Assembly: GCA_022615475.1 (NCBI GenBank)
Contig: JAKEGQ010000104.1
Location: 1-38,551 of the forward strand
Length of the DNA stretch: 38,551 nt
Direction of reading: 5' to 3'
From: Candidatus Methylomirabilota bacterium
GTDB lineage: Bacteria > Methylomirabilota > Methylomirabilia > Methylomirabilales > CSP1-5
Position 1 is the stretch's first letter. The number at the start of each line of letters is the position of its first letter. A program made the position numbers and the translations under genes. The notes beneath the pieces are model-generated. The model was given only the letters and a program-made list of their open reading frames with translations. It was not told where the DNA came from and searched no databases. Positions 1-8,061 of this stretch are shown here, piece by piece.

Positions 1-767
1 CGCCGCAGGTCGCCGGAAGTGTGAATGCCGTCTATGCCGTGACGCTGTCTGCGGTCTTCTACGTCTTCCGTTGTCTCGTGGACTTTGATATCCCCTCCAA
101 TGCAGGATGCATGGTCCCGCTGACCGTCATTGCGCCGGAAGGGAGCGTGGTCAACACCAGGCCTCCTGCGGCGGTGGCGGGCGGGAATGTCGAGACGTCT
201 CAGCGGATTGTGGATGTGCTGCTGGGGGCGTTGGCCCAGGCCCTCCCCGATCGGATTCCCGCGGCGAGCGCCGGGACGATGAGCAACCTGGTTATCGGGG
301 GCACCGATCATGAGCGGGGGCGACATTTCGCCTATTATGAAACCATCGCCGGAGGGATGGGGGCGCGGCCGACGCGGGACGGCGTGGACGCGGTGCAGAC
401 CCACATGACCAACACACGGAACACGCCTATCGAGGCCCTGGAACACGCGTATCCCCTCCGGGTGCTCCGCTACGAGATTCGCCGCGGATCAGGGGGGAGG
501 GGGAGACATCGAGGGGGGGATGGAATCCGGCGTGATGTCGAGCTCTTGACGGACGCCGCCGTCGGTCTGCTGGCGGACCGGCGGCGTTTTCGACCCTACG
601 GGCTGCGGGGGGGAGAGTCTGGCCAGGGGGGAGAGAGCATCCTGATCTCGCCAGGGGGAAAGAGGCCCCTCGGCTCGAAGTTTCACCTCCGGGCCAGTGC
701 GGGAGAGATCATCAGTATTCGAACCCCCGGAGGAGGCGGGTACGGGAGGCCGGAGGGACACGCATGA
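1..767 (+). CDS. hydantoinase B/oxoprolinase family protein (HyuB-like), C-terminal part; 5' end is outside the window
   Basis: Reading frame is open from the window edge (frame of ORF 21..767). Contains motifs SNAGCMVPL, AAVAGGNVETSQRIVD, HMTNTRNTPIEALE and GSGGRGRHRGGDG, typical of the hydantoinase_B family. Stop TGA at 765-767. Confidence 0.85.
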   Translation, partial: PQVAGSVNAVYAVTLSAVFYVFRCLVDFDIPSNAGCMVPLTVIAPEGSVVNTRPPAAVAGGNVETSQRIVDVLLGALAQALPDRIPAASAGTMSNLVIGGTDHERGRHFAYYETIAGGMGARPTRDGVDAVQTHMTNTRNTPIEALEHAYPLRVLRYEIRRGSGGRGRHRGGDGIRRDVELLTDAAVGLLADRRRFRPYGLRGGESGQGGESILISPGGKRPLGSKFHLRASAGEIISIRTPGGGGYGRPEGHA

Positions 768-774
768 GGAGGGA

Positions 775-1299
775 ATGCAGATGACGAGACAGGCGGAGAG
801 GGCGCGAGCCATCCTGCGGTATGCTATTGCCGCCACACTCCTCACCAGCTGCGCCACTGGCGGTTTCGAGGCCACTTCACCTGGCCCGGGCGTCCCTCGG
901 ATCAGCAATCTCCGGATCGAGCCCGACGTGGTAGAGAGAGGGGAGCAGGCCACCATACGCTTCGATTTCCAGGATGCTGATGGAGATATCACGGATGTGT
1001 ACCTGGGGCTCAGGAGCGAGGTGACGGACTTCACCCTTTCCACCGGGATTCAGCCCGTCGTGCTCAGCCGCGGGAAATATTTCGGGCAAAAGGAGGGGAC
1101 GGCAGAGGAGACTATCTCAATCAGCTTCCGGCGCCGATCCGCTCCCCTGACCTTCGAAGAGCGGGCATATTACGGAGAAGTGACGGACCCCGGACAGACG
1201 CAACAAGAGACGGGGGGGGTCCGGGTCTATGTGGTTTTCGTGGTCGATGAGAAGGGAAACGTGAGCAATTCCCTTACGGCTCGGGTGACCGTGCAGTGA
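775..1299 (+). CDS. putative lipoprotein, function unknown
   Basis: ATG at 775 (second ATG at 781) is preceded by GAGGAGGG. The N-terminus AILRYAIAATLLTSCATGG looks like a signal peptide with a lipobox (LLTSC). The ORF-track start at 697 overlaps the upstream gene. Confidence 0.6.
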   Translation: MQMTRQAERARAILRYAIAATLLTSCATGGFEATSPGPGVPRISNLRIEPDVVERGEQATIRFDFQDADGDITDVYLGLRSEVTDFTLSTGIQPVVLSRGKYFGQKEGTAEETISISFRRRSAPLTFEERAYYGEVTDPGQTQQETGGVRVYVVFVVDEKGNVSNSLTARVTVQ

Positions 1300-2240
1300 C
1301 GGGCAAGAGCTCGGCACGCACTCGGAAGGTCGGGGAGGAGACGGATCGGATCTGTCTCCTTCCACGGGACGCTCGCGGAGGGGATGTCCAGCGTTTGTAT
1401 CGGGCGGCGCGACGCCTCCAGAAGGCTCCCCTCACCTCTCTGGCGGCCTTGCGACTATCGGAGGCGGTTCGGTCAGGGGATACGGTCCTGCTCCTGACCG
1501 GCGCGGGGGCTCCTCCTGAGCTCCCCGCCGGCGAGACCGATGGCCCGCTCGGGGTCGCAGTGTTGGCACGGGCACTTCATCTGGGCCTCGGGGCTCGACC
1601 CTTTGTGATCTCGGAAGAAAGGAATCTGGGACCGCTCCGGGCGGTGCTGCAGGTCAGGGGAGCGGCCTGCACCCTGCTCCCGTTCCCCTGTGGCCGGGAG
1701 GAGGCCGGATATCGCCTGGTCGAGGAGCTCCGCCCTGCGGCCGTTGTCAGTGTGGAAAAGCTCGGTCCCAATCCAAAGGGGGTCATTCACGATATGCGGG
1801 GTCGGAACGTCTCGGCAAGTCACGCCTCCGTCCGGGGACTGTTTGATGGGGCGAGGGAACGGGGCATCCTCACCGCGGCGGTCGGTGATCGGGGTAACGA
1901 GGTCGGCTTCGGGTTGCTGACGGGTCCAGAGGTCCGACCCCGGCTACGCACACGCCGATGTCGGTGTCGCTGTCGGGGAACGATCGGCTGCGATATCCGG
2001 GCAGATGTCCTCGTGGTAAGCTCCATCTCGAACTGGGGAGCATACGGCGTCGTAGCATGCCTGCAAGCGATCGTTGGTCGTCGCCTCCTGCACACCCCGC
2101 AGGAAGAGGCTGCGATGCTTGGCACAGCGGTCCTCGCGGGGGCGCGGGACGGGGTAACTCATGCGTCGACCCTGACGGTGGACGGGGCCGATCTCGCCGC
2201 GCAGCAGGCGGTGGTGGCGCTGCTCGGCTCAGTGAAATAA
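1296..2240 (+). CDS. DUF4392 / D-glutamate cyclase-like protein
   Basis: Motifs ETDGPLG, GDRGNEVGFG and IGCDIRADVLVVSSISNWGAYG match my recollection of the DUF4392 family. The GTG start overlaps the upstream stop (GTGA at 1296-1299). Confidence 0.7.
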   Translation: MTGKSSARTRKVGEETDRICLLPRDARGGDVQRLYRAARRLQKAPLTSLAALRLSEAVRSGDTVLLLTGAGAPPELPAGETDGPLGVAVLARALHLGLGARPFVISEERNLGPLRAVLQVRGAACTLLPFPCGREEAGYRLVEELRPAAVVSVEKLGPNPKGVIHDMRGRNVSASHASVRGLFDGARERGILTAAVGDRGNEVGFGLLTGPEVRPRLRTRRCRCRCRGTIGCDIRADVLVVSSISNWGAYGVVACLQAIVGRRLLHTPQEEAAMLGTAVLAGARDGVTHASTLTVDGADLAAQQAVVALLGSVK

Positions 2241-2393
2241 CAGGGGGATCCTGCTGACGAAACGGGCAAGGGATGGAGGACTGCCTAATCCGTGGGCACG
2301 AATGAGAGGTGAGCCGAAACAGAGAAAAGTATCCAATCGCGCATTCTCAAGAACTTTGCTTGGATTGATACTGCTCAGGATTGATGAGAGGAT

Positions 2394-2409
2394 TGGCATG
2401 GGGCTTGCT
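2394..2409 (+). promoter_or_regulatory. sigma54 (-24/-12) promoter upstream of glnB
   Basis: TGGCAT-GGGGC-TTGCT matches the consensus TGGCAC-N5-TTGCW with exact spacing. It lies about 70 nt upstream of the glnB ATG. Confidence 0.7.
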
Positions 2410-2478
2410 CGGCCCCAGAGAGGGGGAGGCCCTTCTGGGGTGCTGGAAGCGGACGGATTTCTGAAGAGTGGGGAGTAA

Positions 2479-2820
<342 letters not shown>

Positions 2821-2899
2821 GTCCATAGTTCATGGTGCAGGGTTCATGGACACGGATCGGGATCTTTCCCTGAACCATGAACGCTGAACACTGAACCAA

Positions 2900-2940
2900 G
2901 AAGGGGCCCCGTGGAGCCACGGGGCCCCTTCGTCTTTCAT
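2900..2940 (+). terminator. GC-rich hairpin downstream of glnB (putative intrinsic terminator)
   Basis: GAAGGGGCCCCGTGG (2900-2914) and CCACGGGGCCCCTTC (2917-2931) are perfect complements, followed by GTCTTTC (weak U tract). Confidence 0.55.
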
Positions 2941-2990
2941 CGAGGGAAAGGCAGTTGACCGTCCGCGGCCCGACCGATAGAGTGAGGAGC

Positions 2991-3662
2991 ATGGGGACGC
3001 GGATCCTCGAATTTCGGTTCGGGCTTGTGGATCTCGAAGGGGTCATCTTCAACCCGGGCATCCTGTACCGGAGGGAGTTCGGCCGGTTCCTCGAGCGCCA
3101 GTATCACATCTCGGCAAAAGGGGCCCTCCGCTTCTACCAGACCAATGAGGCGCTGCCGCTCCAGGCGAAGTTTGCACGTCTCCTCGCAGAGGGCGGCCAT
3201 CCGCCCGAGGAGGCGGCCCGTGCGACCGTCGCCTTTGAGGCGGTAGTGGCCACATCTCGGCCGGTGGTCTCGGAGGGGGCCCGCGAGCTCCTAGAGTTCC
3301 TCGCCGCTCGCGGGACACATCTGTCCGCACTGTCCGAGAGCGAGTCCCGCATCGCCGAAGGCAAGTTGGAACAGGCGGAGCTGCAGGGCCTTTTTCGGCA
3401 GGTCATTGGGTCGGAGCGGGGTCCGCGGGGCCGGGAACAGATCGCCTTCTGCCCGCAAACGGTCGGGCTCCCGGTTGAGGCCTTTGCCGCCCAGAGCTTC
3501 CTCCTCTCCGGCCATCCCGAGGATATGGTAGCGGCAAGGGAGCTCGGCTGCTACTCTATCGGCATGGCCCATCTCTATCCAGAGGATGCCTTCAAGGCGC
3601 ACGGGGCCCAAGAGGTGTACCGGCATGTGGTGCACCTCTCACTCCTCCTTCGCCCCTACTAA
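2991..3662 (+). CDS. HAD-superfamily hydrolase-like protein
   Basis: ATG at 2991 is preceded by GAGGAG. The N-terminal sequence FGLVDLEGVIFNP resembles HAD motif I but reads D-x-E. Overall length fits a HAD fold. The ORF-track start at 2955 lacks an SD. Confidence 0.6.
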   Translation: MGTRILEFRFGLVDLEGVIFNPGILYRREFGRFLERQYHISAKGALRFYQTNEALPLQAKFARLLAEGGHPPEEAARATVAFEAVVATSRPVVSEGARELLEFLAARGTHLSALSESESRIAEGKLEQAELQGLFRQVIGSERGPRGREQIAFCPQTVGLPVEAFAAQSFLLSGHPEDMVAARELGCYSIGMAHLYPEDAFKAHGAQEVYRHVVHLSLLLRPY

Positions 3663-3666
3663 AGAA

Positions 3667-3785
3667 GCTATCAGCCGTCAGCTATCAGCGGTCAGCAAGG
3701 GCCGTAAAAATCCAAGAGCTGACAGCAGATGCTGATAGCTTTAGAGGTGCTGACAGCGGACTGCTGACAACTGATGACTGCTGAA
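3667..3785. repeat. heptamer tandem-repeat dyad (GCNNTCA x4, then TGAYRRC units)
   Basis: Left arm: GCTATCA GCCGTCA GCTATCA GCGGTCA (3667-3694). Right arm: TGACAGC (3720), TGATAGC (3733), TGACAGC GGACTGC TGACAAC TGATGAC TGCTGAA (3751-3785). TGATAGC is the exact reverse complement of GCTATCA. Confidence 0.8.
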
Positions 3786-3796
3786 GAAGGTGAACC

Positions 3797-4375
3797 GTGA
3801 CGCCGGAAGAGGACGCCATCAGGCAATTGCACGAGCAGGACTCGACGGTCCGCCGTCAGGCGGCGGACCGTCTGGGGGCAATCGGTGGGGCCTTGGCCGT
3901 GGAGCCGTTGGTTCAGGCCCTTCGGGACGAGGACTGGGGAGTGCGGACCATCGCCGAACACTCGCTGTGGCAGATCTGGTGCCGGTCGGGTGACGGGACG
4001 GCGGACGCTTTGCTGCAGGAGGGGATCCAGGCCTTGGAGCAGAAGGCGTGGGCAAAGGCGGTTGCCACGTTCACCCAGGTGATCGAGAGGGTCCCCGAGT
4101 TTGCCGAGGGATATAACAAGCGGGCGACCGCCCATTACCTGATGGGCAAGTATGCGCAGGCCATTGCCGACTGCGATGCCACGATCGCCAGGAACCCGTA
4201 CCACTTCGGTGCGTTGAGTGGAGAAGGATTGTGTTACCTCGCCCTGGGTCAGCTCCGGACGGCCCGGGACTGTTTCCGAAGGGCCTTAGCGGTGAACCCC
4301 AACATGCCGGGGGTGGAGCAGAATCTCGCCGCCGTCGAGCGGGCCCTTCATTCCGGCGGGAACGGCTTTGACTAA
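3797..4375 (+). CDS. HEAT-repeat/TPR-repeat protein
   Basis: GTG start at 3797. The N-terminal VRRQAADRLGAIGG..AVEPLVQALRDEDWGVR is HEAT (PBS-lyase-like). The C-terminal AEGYNKRATAHYLMGKYAQAIADCDATIARNP is TPR-like. Confidence 0.7.
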   Translation: MTPEEDAIRQLHEQDSTVRRQAADRLGAIGGALAVEPLVQALRDEDWGVRTIAEHSLWQIWCRSGDGTADALLQEGIQALEQKAWAKAVATFTQVIERVPEFAEGYNKRATAHYLMGKYAQAIADCDATIARNPYHFGALSGEGLCYLALGQLRTARDCFRRALAVNPNMPGVEQNLAAVERALHSGGNGFD

Positions 4376-4403
4376 AGTAGGCGCACTACATGCGTTTACT
4401 TTA
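4373..4403. terminator. hairpin spanning the stop codons of two convergent genes
   Basis: TAAAGTAGGCGCA (4373-4385), loop CTACA, then TGCGTTTACTTTA (4391-4403). This gives a 13-bp stem with two non-Watson-Crick positions and no clear U tract. Confidence 0.4.
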
Positions 4404-5037
4404 GCCGGAGGCACGCGCACCGCTCTTCGGTGAGACCGATGAGGACCCGAATCGCGGGGGGAAGGGGCGCGGTCTTCGCGAGAAAGTGCCCGATGTAGAG
4501 TGCCGTCGCCCTCTTGTTCCCCTCGAGGATTGTCCAGAGCCTACCCGTGGGCCGCCCCATCAGGATGAGTTGGTTGTGGATCTCGACCTCTGGCAGCCGG
4601 TCTCGGATCTGCAGAACATTCGTGATCACTGCACGAGCCTCGTGGGCCCAGCGACCGGTTGCCCTGGCCGGAACGGTGCCGCGGGCGATGACGGTCGCCG
4701 CCGTTGACAGTCGCCCGGTGTCGCGGGAGAGCAGGGTCCAGGTCGGATAGTTGATGACCCGGAGCCTTCGAAATTCCTGAGGGGGGATCACGGCGCGCCA
4801 CCACTCTGTCCGGTGCGAAAGAGCTCCCCAGAGGTCCCGCCGGTGAAACCGGAGCACCTGGCGACGCAGACGATTTTCCCGGACGCTGGTCAGGACCGGC
4901 CTCTGAATCACGCGCGAGGAGAGGCCGCAGCGCTTCAGGGCTGCAATGACCCGGGGACGAAAGCGGGGCGAGAAAAGCTCTGCCTTGAGCCAGCAGGCGG
5001 CGACGAGATCCCGGCTCACCCGTTCCAGGAGCGTCAT
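4396..5037 (-). CDS. hypothetical protein
   Basis: The ORF is open from 4396 to 5172. ATG at 5037 (MTLLERVSRD) is the first start that does not overlap the upstream SDR gene. I recognised no family motif, and the SD is weak. Confidence 0.45.
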   Translation of the reverse strand: MTLLERVSRDLVAACWLKAELFSPRFRPRVIAALKRCGLSSRVIQRPVLTSVRENRLRRQVLRFHRRDLWGALSHRTEWWRAVIPPQEFRRLRVINYPTWTLLSRDTGRLSTAATVIARGTVPARATGRWAHEARAVITNVLQIRDRLPEVEIHNQLILMGRPTGRLWTILEGNKRATALYIGHFLAKTAPLPPAIRVLIGLTEERCACLRLK

Positions 5038-5057
5038 GCGGGCTTCGTGGGTCCTGC

Positions 5058-5774
5058 TCAGCGCCGCCGGGGCCTGGCAGGGCGCATCTCGATCCGCGTG
5101 CTCATCGTGCGGGGGGGTGACTTCAGCAGATAGACAACCATGTCCGCGATGTGCTCGGGGAGAATCGCCCATCCCGATCCTTCGGTGCCCCCGGCGGAAA
5201 AATCCGTCTCGACACTGCCGGGCATGATGTGGCTCACCCGGATCCCATCATAGCGAATCTCCTGGAACAGGGCCTCGCTGAATCCGAGGAGACCGAACTT
5301 GGAGGCGTTGTACGCGGCCATAGTGGGGTGGGCGTGCGCGCCCGCCAGAGAGCCGATATTAATGATGTAGCCGCCCCCCCGCGTTCGCATTTTCGGAATG
5401 GCGTCGTGACAGCAGTAGAAGACCCCGGTCAGATTGGTGCCGATGATCTCGTGCCACTCCTCGGGCTTGAGATCGGCGACGGAGGCCGTGGTGGAGACGC
5501 CGGCGTTATTCACCAGGATGTCCAGGCCTCCGAACTCGCGAACGGCGAAGTCCATGAGTCGCTGAACCTGAGGGTACTCCCGGACATCGCAGGCAAGTCC
5601 CGCCACCTTTCCCTTTTCCCGCCGCCGGCACTCCTTCACTGCCCGATCGACGTCGTGTTGGCGGCGGGAGGAGATGACGACGGCGATCCCTTGGTCAATC
5701 AAGGCTTCGGTGATGGCCCGGCCAATGCCACGCGTGCTCCCGGTTACCACCGCCACCTTTCCCTCGAGCGACAT
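5058..5774 (-). CDS. short-chain dehydrogenase/reductase (SDR)
   Basis: Contains TGSTRGIGRAI (TGxxxGIG), NNAG and YNASK (YxxxK). ATG at 5774 is preceded by GGGAGGA. Confidence 0.9.
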   Translation of the reverse strand: MSLEGKVAVVTGSTRGIGRAITEALIDQGIAVVISSRRQHDVDRAVKECRRREKGKVAGLACDVREYPQVQRLMDFAVREFGGLDILVNNAGVSTTASVADLKPEEWHEIIGTNLTGVFYCCHDAIPKMRTRGGGYIINIGSLAGAHAHPTMAAYNASKFGLLGFSEALFQEIRYDGIRVSHIMPGSVETDFSAGGTEGSGWAILPEHIADMVVYLLKSPPRTMSTRIEMRPARPRRR

Positions 5775-5974
5775 GCATCCTCCCTCGGGTTCACCCAACA
5801 AACCCAACAAACCTGACTATAGCCGGGATGGGAAATTTTGGCAAATCCATGAGCGATATCAGCCATTTTGTCCTGGGTAGTGTCGGTGGTGCGCTGGTTC
5901 CAGAGGGCTGCGCACAGCCAGCCCTGTGAGCAGGCATCGGCATCGACCCAGAGAGGAGAAGCGAACGCAGCGAA

Positions 5975-6682
5975 CTAGTGGGAGGCTGCGGCAGACGGGG
6001 AGGAATCGAGCGCGAGGGACATCTCACTGAACAGCCGATCGACGAGGGCGTCGATCAACGCCCCCTCTGCTGGCTTGGGGTCGAGAAACTGGACTCCCAT
6101 CCCGCTTGTGGTTTCAGGCTTTGTCTCGTCCCTGTGCATCCATGCGACCCGGGCGAGCATCGAGAAGGTGTGCGAGAGGTTCGGCAGATTGAAGGTGAGT
6201 GCAACCTGCGACCCTGGCGGTGCGGGCTCCCCTGTCGCGATGAACATCCCGCCCCGGCTCAGGTTCGTGCAGGTCCCGCGGCCCGCCGTCCCCGCCTGTC
6301 CGTACTCGACGGGGAATCGAATCGGGACCCGGGCGTAGGCCTGTCGCTCGCCGCGATACACCCACTGTTTGACGAGGGCCGGATCGACCGGTTGCTCGAA
6401 GAGCACTCCATGGGCCACCCTGGTCCCCGCCGGGGTCGGCGTTCCATTGTCAGCCCAGACGACAAGGGCACGCAATGGGTCTCCCTGAGCGATCCGGACC
6501 GTCATCGGCGTCCTGAGCGGTAGGGTTTCTGGCATCAGAATTTCGAGGCCCGCAGCGCTGACGGACCGCGTCTTACCGGTGATGAGTCTCGCCAATGGCC
6601 GGCCGGCGATCGGGGCAGCGCACTCCACAGGCAGATAGACCTCAAACCGGGGGTAGTCGGTGCGGGATGTGTTGGTAGTCAT
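5975..6682 (-). CDS. tandem PilZ-domain protein (putative c-di-GMP receptor)
   Basis: Two PilZ-like halves. The second carries RQAYARVP (RxxxR) and NLSRGGMF (D/NxSxxG). SD GGAGGGG precedes the ATG at 6682. Confidence 0.75.
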   Translation of the reverse strand: MTTNTSRTDYPRFEVYLPVECAAPIAGRPLARLITGKTRSVSAAGLEILMPETLPLRTPMTVRIAQGDPLRALVVWADNGTPTPAGTRVAHGVLFEQPVDPALVKQWVYRGERQAYARVPIRFPVEYGQAGTAGRGTCTNLSRGGMFIATGEPAPPGSQVALTFNLPNLSHTFSMLARVAWMHRDETKPETTSGMGVQFLDPKPAEGALIDALVDRLFSEMSLALDSSPSAAASH

Positions 6683-6715
6683 GAGCCCCTCCAGACTCTT
6701 TAGGGTAACTTATTC

Positions 6716-6731
6716 GCAAGGATCGTGCCAA
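6716..6731 (-). promoter_or_regulatory. sigma54 (-24/-12) promoter reading toward the PilZ gene
   Basis: The minus strand reads TGGCAC-GATCC-TTGCG, an exact consensus core with exact spacing. The -12 element is about 35 nt upstream of the ATG at 6682. Confidence 0.7.
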
Positions 6732-6770
6732 CCCTCCCTTTACAATCGTTCCGGAGTGTGTTACCCATAG

Positions 6771-7127
<357 letters not shown>

Positions 7128-7176
7128 TCGGCGTGCGGGCATGAGCGCTTCAAACAGATCCTCTTTCGCACGACCG

Positions 7177-7232
7177 AGGACTGAGCCCTCAGGACTGATC
7201 CCTGAAGACTCAGTGGGGAGGACTGAGACGGC
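7177..7232. repeat. 14-nt tandem repeat x4
   Basis: AGGACTGAGCCCTC / AGGACTGATCCCTG / AAGACTCAGTGGGG / AGGACTGAGACGGC, starting at 7177, 7191, 7205 and 7219. The array spans the trmI stop codon (7210-7212). Confidence 0.8.
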
Positions 7233-7998
7233 GGCCGATGATGAAGAAGCCGGTGTGGGCGACCATGCGGAGCGCCGGCCGCACGCTGAGTCCCTGGATG
7301 CGCCAGGGGCGATGGACGGTTTCGAAAACCTCCTGAAGCTGTAACCGCGGCTCATTCTCGATCGCAGCGGCCATCTGCTGCACCTGGGGCACCGTCGGGA
7401 AGAAAGCGACGAGCAGCCCTCCAGGCCGCAACGCCTCGGCTGCATCCTTGACCGCCCGCCAGCCCTCCGGCAGATCCAGAACCACTCGATCAACTGACGT
7501 CTCCTCGATCCCCTCATAGATGTCCTTGTGCTTCAACAGCCAATGCGGGACCTTTCCCAGGAAGGCCTCGACATTGGCCCTGGCCTGCCGCAGGAAGTCT
7601 TCCCGCACCTCGTACGTGATGACCTGTCCCTTCTCGCCCACCGCCTGAAGCAGACCGATGGTGAGCGCCCCCGAGCCACCGCCCCCCTCGACGACGGTGG
7701 CGCCGGGAAAGATGTCCCCCCAGATCAGGACGGTCGCGATGTCTTTCGGGTAGAGGACCTGGGCGCCCCGCTTCATCTTGAGGACGTACTCGGCGAAGGT
7801 GGGGCGAAAGACGACAAAGAGGGCTCCTCCGGAGGAGCGCAGGACGGCCCCTTCCTCGCGGCCGATGATGTTGCTATGGAGGATGGTCCCGAGGTGGGTC
7901 GAGAACTTATCGTGAGGCCGGAGCGTGCAAAGATACTTCCGCCCTTTCGGATCGATCAAGAGGACCTTCTCGCCCCCCTCCAAGGGTCCGCCCCGCAT
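7210..7998 (-). CDS. trmI: tRNA (adenine58-N1)-methyltransferase, TrmI/GCD14 family
   Basis: N-terminal beta domain followed by SAM-binding VVEGGGGSGALT and DRVVLDLPEGW. SD GAGGAGG precedes the ATG at 7998. Confidence 0.8.
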   Translation of the reverse strand: MRGGPLEGGEKVLLIDPKGRKYLCTLRPHDKFSTHLGTILHSNIIGREEGAVLRSSGGALFVVFRPTFAEYVLKMKRGAQVLYPKDIATVLIWGDIFPGATVVEGGGGSGALTIGLLQAVGEKGQVITYEVREDFLRQARANVEAFLGKVPHWLLKHKDIYEGIEETSVDRVVLDLPEGWRAVKDAAEALRPGGLLVAFFPTVPQVQQMAAAIENEPRLQLQEVFETVHRPWRIQGLSVRPALRMVAHTGFFIIGRRLSPPH

Positions 7999-8061
7999 GA
8001 TCTGCCTCCTCGGGGGTCACTGTATCACACCAGCACGATGGCCGAGCAGTATGCGTCAGCC

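Noticed and set aside
1958-2257. 99-aa alternative-frame ORF inside the DUF4392 gene.
   Set aside because: Its translation is low-complexity and Arg/Gly-rich. The conserved DUF4392 motifs are in the 1296..2240 frame.
2821-2899. Repeated GTTCATGG / CTGAAC words after glnB, considered as a possible small mobile element or riboswitch.
   Set aside because: The region is short with imperfect repeats and has no recognisable covariation. It is most simply part of the glnB 3' UTR and terminator region.
2991-3662. HAD motif I reading D-L-E-G instead of D-x-D-G, considered as a sign of a novel activity.
   Set aside because: A single conservative Asp-to-Glu change cannot be interpreted from sequence alone. 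I cannot verify the remaining HAD motifs without an alignment.
3667-3785. Possible CRISPR arrays (this locus and also 23052-23145, 10454-10567, 38398-38449).
   Set aside because: The units are only 7-14 nt and directly abutting, with no unique spacers. There are no cas genes in the window.
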